From Eledone cirrhosa (lineage: Eukaryota), in NCBI GenBank assembly GCA_964016885.1, contig OZ024743.1, forward strand, positions 369,148,001 to 369,212,000: DNA of 64,000 bases, read 5' to 3'. Below are positions 23,108-34,160 of the stretch, one piece after another. The notes beneath the pieces were generated by a model. It did not search any database and had not been told where the DNA came from. It worked only from the letters and a program-made list of their open reading frames with translations. The stretch's first letter is position 1. The number at the start of each line of letters is the position of its first letter. Both the position numbers and the translations under genes were made by a program.

Positions 23108-24330
23108 GTCAGGCTGACATAACACCACATCACCACTCCTGTTAGATAGCGTCATAATGATGTCCTATTTTATGTTGAACGTGACAGAGTGTCAGGCTGA
23201 TATAACACCACATCACCACTCCTGTTAGTGTCATAATGATGTCCTATTTTATGTTGAACGTGACAGAGTGTCAGGCTGACATAACACCACATCACCACCT
23301 TTGTTAGATAGCGTCATAATGATGTCCTATTTTATGTTGAAGGTGACAGAGTGTCAGGCTGACATAACACCACATCACCACCCTTGTTAGATAGCGTCAT
23401 AATGATGTCCTATTTTATGTTGAAGGTGACAGAGTGTCAGGTTGACATAACACCACATCACCACCTTTGTTAGATAGCGTCATAATGATGTCCTATTTTA
23501 TGTTGAACGTGACAGAGTGTCAGGCTGACATAACACCACATCACCACTCCTGTTAGATAGCGTCATAATGATGTCCTATTTTATGTTGAAGGTGACAGAG
23601 TGTGAGGCTGACATAACACCACATCACCACTCCTGTTAGATAGTGTCATAATGATGTCCTATTTTATGTTGAAGGTGACAGAGTGTCAGGCTGACATAAC
23701 AGCACATCACCACCCTTGTTAGATAGCGTCATAATGATGTCCTATTTTATGTTGAAGGTGACAGAGTGTCAGGCTGACATAACACCACATCACCACTCCT
23801 GTTAGATAGCGTCATAATGATGTCCTATTTTATGTTGAAGGTGACAGTGTCAGGCTGACATAACACCACATCACCACTCCTGTTAGTATTACAATGATGT
23901 CCTATTTTATGTTGAAGGTGACAGTGTCAGGCTGACATAACACCACATCACCACTCCTGTTAGTATCACAATGATGTCCTATTTTATGTTGAAGGTGACA
24001 GAGTGTTAGACTGACATAACACCACATCACCACTCCTGTTAGTGTCACAATGATGTCCTATTTTATGTTGAAGGTGACAGAGTGTCAGGCTGACATAACA
24101 CCACATCACCACTCCTGTTAGATAGCGTCATAATGATGTCCTATTTTATGTTGAAGGTGACAGAGTTTCAGGCTGACATAACACCACATCACCACTCATG
24201 TTAGTGTCACAATGATGTCCTATTTTATGTTGAAGGTGACAGAGTGTTAGGCTGACATAACACCCCATCACCACCCTGTGTAGATAGCTTGACAATGATG
24301 ACCTATTTTATGTTGAAGTTGACAGAGTGT
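23108..24330. repeat. ~83-bp tandem repeat (77-83 bp variants), ~15 copies
   Basis: Unit gtcaggctgacataacaccacatcaccactcctgttagatagcgtcataatgatgtcctattttatgttgaa(c/g)gtgacagagt, starting at 23108, 23191... Confidence 0.96.
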
Positions 24331-25589
24331 AAAGAGATCCCCCTGGAAGATGTTCAGCCATTTTAAACAATTTTGAAAATCTTAATGGTCCAAAGTATTG
24401 TGATATAAACTACTCAACTGATTGAGGGTGTTGAGTTGACCTTCCCTAGATGTCCAGTTGGATGGACATTGGCTCACATTGGTCAAGCTATGAAAATTGC
24501 TGGGTCCAGTTAGTCTGTAGTGAAAAGAAGACATGCAGCCTAATCTACCCAAGGACTTCTACCAACAAGTCACTAGTGCAGCTCTTGGCATCTGGATAGA
24601 CCATAACTAGTTTGTTGGTCAGTTTGAGGCTAAATTCTTCTCCCAGTTTGGCCAGATTCACCTAAGAACTTTGTACAGTGATAGTAAATAAAAACTATAT
24701 TGAATTAATTAGAAAAATGCTTAATTGATAAGAATAAATGAATTAAGGGAAAAGTGGATGATGCTTTTTAAATTAATGAGTTTGCAAGTAACGAAGTTAC
24801 ATCTAATCAGCTGATATAGCATTCCATCAACATTGATTCTAGATTCAAATCCAGTAACATATCTGACTAGTCATTTCACAAAAGATCAAATTAAAACATT
24901 AGAAAAACATTTTATAATAATTACAAGATTTGTGATTTTGTTACAATATTTCTGATGAAATCCACTGCCTATGATTTTTCAAATAATTTTGAAAATAATC
25001 AAGAACTTTGAGGGATTTAGTAACTTCCTCATAATTAAGTTGGTGTTTGGAATATAACTTAACAAAGGTTTTTATATAGAAATATGTAGGAAGGTTTTTA
25101 GATAAATATTAACACTTTAAAACAAACAGCTTTGTATCATAGAACTAGGGGCAGTTTCAAGCACAAAAGAATTAATCCTTCCATTTATTTTGTTTTTGAT
25201 GTATTTTTGTTAGTAAACAACATAAATTATAAAATTGGCCCCATATTAAACACTTTCTACATGATTGATTTAGAATCAAGGATGAGAGCCTCTATATAAT
25301 CACCAAGTCTGCTAGAAACAGCAGCCAGATCTCTGTCAAATTACATCTTACCATCTTAAAAGAAGGAGGTGAATATTAGATATTGGATGATTTATTGACT
25401 AAAAGATAGATAGAATGATCACAGATGGAGCTCCTTCAATAATAGGTCTACTCAAACAACAACATGATTAATTCATTGAATTAATTTAATTCAACATCAT
25501 TTACTCTTTTAAATGGGTACAAAATTAGGATAGACACGGTTAGAATATCTATCAAATGTTGCAGTTGACTCCACATGATAAATTTATAA

Positions 25590-25925
25590 AAATGATATGG
25601 AAAAAAAGACGTTTATGTATTTGTTTTGCAAGATTCTTTATGTGATAAATAAATGTAACAATGTGAGCCTCAGACTAGCAAGACACTGAAAAACACTGAG
25701 ACAAGAAAATGTTCAGCAGAAAAACAAAATGGAGTAAACAGAATAAAACTAAAAAAGAAGAGGAGACACAGAGAAAAACAAATAGATATTAAAGAGGCCA
25801 CAGAATGTGTGATGAAAGAGCTTTGACAAAATAACCAATAACTAATAATAAAGTGAAAGTCAAATAGTGCATGTCTTTTTATTGGTAAAATTGTCAGAAT
25901 GACCATCTCCAAATATAACAATAAA
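25590..25925 (+). mobile_element. Decayed copy of the 3735-4315 HHR element family
   Basis: ggccacagaatgtgtgatGAAAgagctttgacaa...aagtgaaag...ttattgg...atgaccatctccaaatataacaata. Confidence 0.7.
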
Positions 25926-28224
25926 AAAGAAAAAATTAACAAGATTAAAATGTATGTAACAGCACTCTGAGGGAGAAACAGAAAGGAATTCAACATTTTA
26001 GATAGTTATCCTTCATCAGGAACATTAAAGAAGGAATGGGAAAAGAAGGTTACATGTAAAGCAGTGCAGTTTACAGGATTTTTAAGAACCAATTGTCAGA
26101 TTGAACCAAGGAAACTATGGTCCCATCAGTTTTTCCATTGCTGATACAATCTGCCAGTCACAACATCTGAAAGAAGGATGCAGGATTTGCTGTCAGAATG
26201 CACAAATCCAGATCAGATACTACAAATCATCCTGTTTCACACTAACATTTCTGTCAATTTGCCTTCCCTGGAATGTACTGTTTATTGACTATGAAAGGAT
26301 GAAAGACAAAGTTGAACAAGGTTGGAATAAATACTGAGGTATTTAACATGATGTTCAAATGTCTCTAGAATTTGCCATAAATGTTTAAAGTATGGAAAAC
26401 AGGAGTGGATATTGCAGATGTATGCTGAATAGTGTTCTACAGACCCCCAAAATAAGAGTGGGGAGGGAAATAAATGAGATTGAAGTCATGTAGGCATGTT
26501 TATGCATGTAGGAATGTGTGGGCATGTGTGTGTAGGTGTATATTTATGTGTGTGTGCATGTGTGTATAGGTGTATATATATGTGTGTGTGAATGTGTAGA
26601 AAGGTGTGTATGTGCTTGCAGGTATATGTATTCTGGGGAGGAGTGTTGGATCATGTAAGGTGCTATTGAGCTGGTGAAGTGGAAAGATCAAGATAACATG
26701 AGTATATGATAGATAGGTAGCTTGTGTGTAGGTGTAAGTGATGTGTGTTGGGATTAGGTCGTGGGAGCAAATTAACAGATGCCATTTATCAGTATGTGTT
26801 AAAGAAGAAGACAGTGATGTTAGAAAAAGGCTGGTTTGTGATTCAAGCAAATGACCATAGATTTGTGATGTAAAACACCACCCTAACCAACAAGATGCTG
26901 GTAAGAGTGGTCAAGAAGATTGAAGTGACAAGATACCAGTCAGAATGATCAGTGTCATTACATCAAACAACTAATTGCTGTTCTCTAAAACAATCATCCT
27001 ATTATTAACCAGTTTCTATAATATATAACAAGCTAACTGCAGAGTGCACATTTCATGCAGTAAATAGTGTTCTTGGTGTTATAGGTGGATGTGGAGTCTG
27101 GAGTTGACTTGTTTAAAAAAAAAAATGGGATGTTTACAGCTGGAAGCCTCTGATTGTAGCTCTACATGATGAGGACTGACATTCAGTTAAACAACAACAT
27201 CAACCAGATGCCAGAGTGGTTATTGTCAGAGACGATGCTGAAAGTGTAGCCTCAACAGATTTCCTCCATGAACAGGTGGGAAAACCTGATTATTTTTTGG
27301 GCGAAAATGTTCCCACTTGCAGTAATTTTTGGTTTGATGTTCAGCAATGTTATTCTTCTTCTTCAACCACTTATTCCTGAGAGCATCATTGGGGTGGAGT
27401 CCTCAAACACTCCATCCAGTGACTCCTGTCCGAAGTAACCAGCTGCAATTTATCTGGCTGGATCCCCAAGAAGACTAGCCAAGCTCATGGATATTATCCA
27501 ACCATCTTGCTCAGGGTCTTCCCCTGGATTTCTGCCCATAAAATTTGTCCAGCAACTCTTTCCTGAGATATTCTAGCTACATATCTGTAATATCAGAACT
27601 GTGATCTCTCAATTCAGAGAAGTAGCAACTCTACCTGGAGTGACTCTCTGATCTTCAAGCTACACACTCTATCATGTAATAATTGAGTAGAAATATCTAA
27701 AAATATTTATTTATATTCAAATGTTTGTAGTATCTTTATTCTTGGACAAAATATTGAGAAAGTGTGTAATATTAGACAAAGGTAACACAGGTAAAAAGGT
27801 TAATTATTAAATGTATGTAATAGAGAGTAAAAATAAAGCTGTCTTCTTAAGTCTTAACATCCTATAATAGTTTAGCAGAAAATATCTAAAATCGGGTTTA
27901 TTAATTCAAATCCTTACTAGTGGACAGATTGTAGGTAATATTTTCAGTAAACTAAAGTAAAGAGTTTCATTTTTAATGTGATGCAGTCATAGAGCTGTTT
28001 TATACTTTTCAAGAATGTTTTGCTAATTCTGGTAAATCAAGGCAAGGGAGATAACCCCAAAATCTTTATTAAAAGTAGAATGTGGGCTATACAGTGAGAA
28101 GTGAGTCTGATCTTGACAGTCGGGTAAAATTTCACACATGCTTCAATCTTATTAGATCTTCTCACGAAAATACAGTCCTAATAAGTGATTGGTTTTAGAC
28201 TAGACCTTGTTATTTATATATGCA

Positions 28225-28410
28225 GTGAATTGGCAGTATCGGTAGAGAGTTGGACGCCATGCTTTGCAGCATAGTTACGTCCCTTTACGATCTGAGTTCA
28301 AATCCCGCCGAGGTTAACTTTGCCTTTCATCCTTACGGGGGTCGATAAAATAAAGTACCAGTAATGTATTGGGTAATTGCTGGCCTTGTGCCAAAAGTAG
28401 AAACAGTTAT
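28225..28410 (+). mobile_element. Nin/Deu-like tRNA-SINE copy
   Basis: Same consensus as 14624-14810. Confidence 0.88.
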
Positions 28411-28426
28411 TTATATATATATATAT

Positions 28427-28427
<1 letters not shown>

Positions 28428-28467
<40 letters not shown>

Positions 28468-31220
28468 TTTATGTCCGCTTTTCCCTGCTTGCAAGGGTTT
28501 GATGGGTCTTATTCAACACAGCATCTCTCCACTTGTCACAGTCCTTCGTCATCTCCTCCGTGATTTTCAGCGATCTGAGGTCTGCTCTCACCACCTCTGC
28601 CTATGTTTTTCGTGGTCTATCACTACTGCATCTTCCCTCCACTGGGACTTCCTGGCACTTCTTCACCCAGCGGTCATCCTCCATGTGCATCACATGTCCA
28701 TACCATCTCAGCCTTCTCTCCTGCACACCACAACTTATCCCTCTTATATCCGCTTTCTTTCTCAACTCGTCTATGCTTGGTCGTTCACGCACATTGACAT
28801 TGCACATCCAACGGAGCATACTTGCTTCATTTCTCTCCAGCCGTTGCATATCTTCTGCAGTTGCTGCCATGCAGCATCACGCATCTCACACAGGCATCAT
28901 ATAACCTTCTTTGTCAACAGAGGAAGCAGTTCCCTAAACTTCTTCCAACCTGTCCTTATTCTAGATAGTATGGCTTCAGAACACCCCTCTCCCATGCTAA
29001 TCTGATTACCTAGGTACCGGAAGCTATGAACCACTTCTATAGAACCCACCTGCATTGGAAAAATGAGTCTATCACAGCGATTACTACTGCCAACTTTCCC
29101 TGTACATTTACTGCATACATAGTTTTCCCTACCTGTTAGTTCGCCTGCTATCCCACTACATCTCTTGTGTACCCAAGATCTGCATTGCGTACATTTTATG
29201 GAATTTATGCCAGTTCCTTTCCTACATATCGAACATGGCCATTTCCATGATGGAATCAGAGTATTGTCCTCTCTTCTACTTATCAACATTTTTGTTTAAG
29301 CTATGTTCACTCTCAGGCCTCTTTGTTCCAACTGCTGTTTCCATAGCCAGAATTTATTCTCTAGCTCCTCTACTGATTCTGCTATAAGAACCAGATCATC
29401 AGCATAGAGAAGTTCCCATGGGTATCCAGTCTTAAACTCCTCTGTTATGGCTTGAAGGACTATAATGAACAAGAGTGGGCTGAGGACCGAACCTTGATGT
29501 ACACCTACTTGTATCTGGAATTCCTCACTAAACTCCATTCCTATTCTCACTTTACTGACAGCACCCCTGTACATAGCTTGCACTGTCCTCACAAGCCATT
29601 CCTCTACACCTAGTTTCCTTAGGGACCACCAGATGACAGATTGGGGTACCCTATCAAAGGCCTTCTCTTGGTCAACAAAAGCTAAGTATAGTGGCTTATT
29701 CTTCTCTAAGAACCTCTCTTGTAGTTGCCTCACTAAGAAGAGGGCATCTGTTGTACTTTTCCAAGGCACAAAACCAAACTGCATCTCATCTAAATTGACC
29801 CTTTCTCTAATCAGTTACGTTAATATTCTCTCTGCCACTTTCATAACCTGATCCATCAGCTATATGCCCCTATAATTGCTCCTCTCTAGAGCATCCCCTT
29901 TACCTTTGTAGCAATTTATCAGAATACAGCTGCACCATTCTTTGGGTATGACACCAACATATATAGCTTGATTAATTAGCTTCCAGACCTTTCTTTTCCT
30001 CACCTTCCTGTATGTCTCATTCTTTCTCTTGCTTACTGAGATGTCACTAACGACTAACCTATGCTGTGGGGTACATTCTTCCCCAGGGTATGCCTTTGTA
30101 TTTGACACCATCTATCTGTCTCGCTGTCTAATTAGCAGGAAGTCAATCCGGCTTATATGCTCACCTGATTTGTAGGTTATTAGGTGGTTGGTAGACTTCT
30201 GGAAGTTAGTGTTGCAAATAGTCAGTGTATTTGCATCACAAAATTCAAAAAGCCTCACTCCTTCTTCATTTCTTGAACCGTAACCATGCCCACCATGTAC
30301 CCCAGTGTATCCATCCTGGAGCTGTCCAACATGTCCATTGAAGTCCCCAGCTATCATAATGATGTCTCTGCCCTCTGTCATTGAGGCTGTCTGTAAAAGT
30401 TGCTCGTAAAAGCCGTCTTTCTCTTCTTTACCTAGGCCTGCCTGGGGAGCATAGGCAGAGATGATTGTCAGTAATCTCTTGCCTACAACTCACCTAGGCT
30501 TAATTATTCTATTACTAACTCTAACTACCTCTATTGTCTTATTGATCCATCTCTCAGCCAGTAATATTTCCACCCCACCTAACCCATCATCATTACCCAC
30601 CCAGAAAAGCTTATAACTACGATGTTTGCCTACGATTAGTCTTGCAGAGGCACCTCTCCATCTCACCTCTTGCATGCAGCACACATCCACATGCCTTCTC
30701 TCCAGCATCTCCGCTATCTCACCAGATTTACCTGTTAGAGTTCCAACATTAAGTGTGGAAACTCTGAGATGTGACGTCTCGTTCTTTTTCCTGTTGTGCG
30801 ATTTCTTGATGATGGTCGTGGGGTTCTCACACAGGGCTACACTAGCCACCCCACTACCGTGCGCCGCCCTAACATGGTTAGTGTTATTGCTGTTCATGCA
30901 GTTGTTTTTGTGCAATTGCTTGATGACAGTCGGAGGGTTCTCGCACATGGCCGCACCAGCCACCCCACTACCGTGCACAGCCCTAACATGGTTAGTGTTA
31001 TTGCTGTTGACGCAGTTGTTGCAATTCTTATTTGTTGTGCTCATAATTTTGGCATTTATTATACTGGTTGGATGCCCTTCCTAACACCATCACCACTTTA
31101 CAGCATGGACTGGGTGCTTTTATTCGTGCCACCAGCACTAGAGAGGTTGTCTTACTGGACTCAGGGGCCCTCTTTACCCCTCCATTTTACAACATGAACT
31201 AGATGCTTTTATTCGTGCCA
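28428..31220 (-). mobile_element. Longest RTE LINE copy: 5'UTR, APE endonuclease, RT, PHD-like finger, C-terminus; internally deleted and pseudogenised
   Basis: ORFs 30490-31044 (LNVGTL, CMQEVRW), 30112-30381 (AGDFNGHVG, SRIDF), 29296-29784 (QFGF, VDQEKAFDRV, HQGSVLSP, LYADD), 28897-29289 (CSICRK..CTQCRSWVHKRC..CSKC) and 28601-28870. (CAT)n tail. EN-RT linker deleted at ~29975. Confidence 0.95.
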
Positions 31221-31223
31221 CAT

Positions 31224-31258
<35 letters not shown>

Positions 31259-31259
31259 A

Positions 31260-31595
31260 TAGCTCTAAATACAAAAGGGTTTTTTTTCCCTTTCCGATAG
31301 ACACGCTCCATCATACACTTTTCTAAAAAAGTATATCATACACCAAACGCCAGCATCAACAGTTTTCCAAGAGATGGCAACATGAATGGACATGTCATTT
31401 TTCTCTAAAAAAATCTTTTCAGATTCCACCCTGCTCATCTCCTCAATCTTTCTATTTCTTCTTTAATTTCTCATTCTTTCTTCTGATGAAGGACTAGCGT
31501 CCGAAACCCTCTTCCTGTTATTTCAAGTGTTAAACTAATATTTTCCTTCCACATACTGTGCCCTTTGTTTTGTGATTTCTGTTTACCTTTTGCAT
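31260..31595 (+). mobile_element. PLE-like pLTR remnant with partial HHR
   Basis: CTGATGA a ggac-tagc-gtcc GAAA at 31483-31506 (perfect stem II; stems I and III lost). A related decayed copy is at 25950-26030 on the minus strand. Confidence 0.55.
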
Positions 31596-31602
31596 ATATA
31601 TA

Positions 31603-32475
31603 TCATCATCATCATCATCATCATCAGCGTTTAACGTCCGTGTTCCACGCTTGCATGGGTTTGGACGGGGGTAGTCCCACTTGAGGCAAGAGTGATTGTC
31701 TTGCTCGCATAGGACTGTCTGGCAGGTTTTCTACAGTTGGATGCCCTTCCTAACACCAACCACATTTACAGTGTGGGTCTGGGAGGTTTTTACCGTGTTG
31801 CCTACACGGCCACATTACAGCGTGGACTGTGTGTTTTTTTGTCGTGACACCTACACGATCTCATTTGTTTCGGCCTCGATGGCGCGGCACCAACATAACT
31901 TTACATAGAACGGGGTGGTGTGGATCGGGTGGGGGTGGTGGGACGGGGTGTATTTGTTAGAGATGCCTACTGGCTGGAGTAGGTTTTACTATATATTTAG
32001 GTAAGGCGGGTCTTCTCTGTTACTGAGTACCGCCAAAGGTCTCGGTCCAGTGACATTGTCTTGGAGAGGTGTAAGTGTGTGATGTCGGAGTTTATCAGCT
32101 CGTCCCAGGTTTTTCTAGGTCTGCCTATTCCGTGACTACCGTCTATCTTTATTGCCCTGCACTTTGTTATACAGCTATCGACTTTCATGCGCATCACGTG
32201 TCCATACCAACGTAGCCTTCTCTCGAGTAAACAACATCTGATCCCTCTTATCACTAATTTATTCCTTAGTTCGTTTATGCTTTGCCGTTCACGTATATTA
32301 CTGTTACACATCCAGCGGAGCATGCAAGCTTCGTTCCTCTCTAGTCTGCGTATATCCTCTGCACACAATGCCCAGGTCTCACTGCCATGCAGCATTGCTG
32401 TTCGTATGCAGGCATCGTACAACCTGCCTTTCATTTTTAGTGAGAACCCTTTAGCAGCTAATAGTGGTATAAGCT
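31603..32475 (-). mobile_element. RTE LINE 3' fragment with long 3'UTR
   Basis: KGRLYDACIRTAMLHGSETW...ERRLRWYGHVMR...GRPRKTW; (CAT)n tail. Confidence 0.92.
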
Positions 32476-32489
32476 CTCTATATATATAT

Positions 32490-33235
32490 ATTGGGAGAGG
32501 AGATGGTGTATATATATTATCAAATGATTCTATGGACATACTTTATAGTATATTGCTCTGATTATTTAATTTATTAATTCATCATTGAGCCACATCGTGA
32601 ATGGTTGCCAAAACATATATATCTGTGACTTTATATAGTTTGTGTATATGTAAATCTTTATATTTAATAATCTCCCATAAGGTTGAGATGCAATTTGGGC
32701 AATATTGGGCTGCGCTTTCTAGCAACCAGCCCACTCGCTGTAAGCAACCATCACATTCTTTCTGTCTTGACCACTGCAACGTCACAGTTCTTAGCCATTT
32801 TGAATTCGTTCCTGGCGGGGATCACTTAAGAAAATTCTTTGTCAAAACAAGTTTGTTTCTTGATGAGTTCGAAGCTCAAGATTTTATCCTTGATAGGATA
32901 TTTCCCAAAGCGAACGAAACCCTAAGGGCAGAAACGCAATCCTGGTATGTGTATATGCATTTTTTCTTCTAACTTTAATTTTATACCTAATTGTGTATGG
33001 TTGACAGTATATTTAATCGATTTCCACGTGCTATTGAAATGTTGGGCAAATATTCTATGGCGGTTGGTCGCGAATAGACTGCTGTCGTTTATTTATCCAC
33101 TATGTCTTCATAGGTGCCTTTTAATCTTATAGCCTGGTTTAATTGATTTTTTGTGTGGTTGATTATGCTAATTGGGAGAGGAGATGGTGTATATATATTA
33201 TCAAATGATTCTATGGACATACTTTATAGTATATA
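32490..33235. mobile_element. ~680-bp unit bounded by ~64-bp direct terminal repeat, in (TA)n
   Basis: attgggagaggagatggtgtatatatattatcaaatgattctatggacatactttatagtatat occurs at 32490 and 33171. The body matches 3150-3670. Confidence 0.75.
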
Positions 33236-33279
33236 TATATATATTTATATATAATATGTTGCTTACTAAGTATAAGCCT

Positions 33280-34030
33280 CATCCTGAGAATAATAGAGGG
33301 TGGGTCTTCTGTAAAACTGCATAGCGCCAGGGGTTGTGGTCCTGTGTCATTGCCTTTGAGAGGTGTAATTGTCCAAGGTCAGCTTTTATTACCTCATCCC
33401 AAGTCTTTCTAGGCCTGCCTACTCCATGGCTACCATCGACTTTGAGTGCTCTGCACCTTATTATACGGCTGTCATCCTTCATATGCATCACATATCCATA
33501 CCAACACAGTCTCCTCTCCTGCATGCAATAACTGATCCCTCATATGCCTAATTTTTTATGCAGTTCATTTATACTTTGCCATTCACGTATATTGCTATTG
33601 CGCATCCAGCAAAGTATGGAGGCTTCATTTCTTTCCAATCTTCGCAGGACCTCAGCACACAGTACTGCTGTGCAACCTTGTTGTTCATATACATGCATCA
33701 TATAGTCTGCCTTTCATTTTGAGGGAAAAACCTTTTGTAGTTAGTAACGGTAGTAGCTCCCTGAATTTTCTCCAACCCAATCTCACTCTGGTTACTATGT
33801 TTTCAGAAAACCCTCCCCCACTACTGATTTGGTCACCCAGGTAACGGAAACTATCTACCACTTCAACCAAGCCCTCTGAGCATTTGAAGGTGATTGTATC
33901 CTGAGGGTTCTTGCTATTTATTGCCCCTGTGCACTGCAGCAAGTAAAACCTACATTCTTTGTTAGCCTGCATGAAATCCAACTACATCTCTTGTGTACCC
34001 ATTGCTTGCATTTGGTACATAGAATGAAAT
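33280..34030 (-). mobile_element. RTE LINE fragment
   Basis: EVVDSFRYLGD, KFRELLPLL, ERRL.WYG, GRPRKTW. Confidence 0.88.
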
Positions 34031-34109
34031 TTCTAACTCTGCTATGTATTGAGTACCTTACTTACTGGGGTTACCCCTGATTGAACCCAGGATACACACA
34101 CACACACAC

Positions 34110-34160
<51 letters not shown>

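Noticed and set aside
23108-24330. Tandem box C/D snoRNA array (ATGATGT...CTGA)
   Set aside because: Box C is imperfect, the C-D interval is only ~45 nt, and the whole unit is homogenised like a minisatellite.
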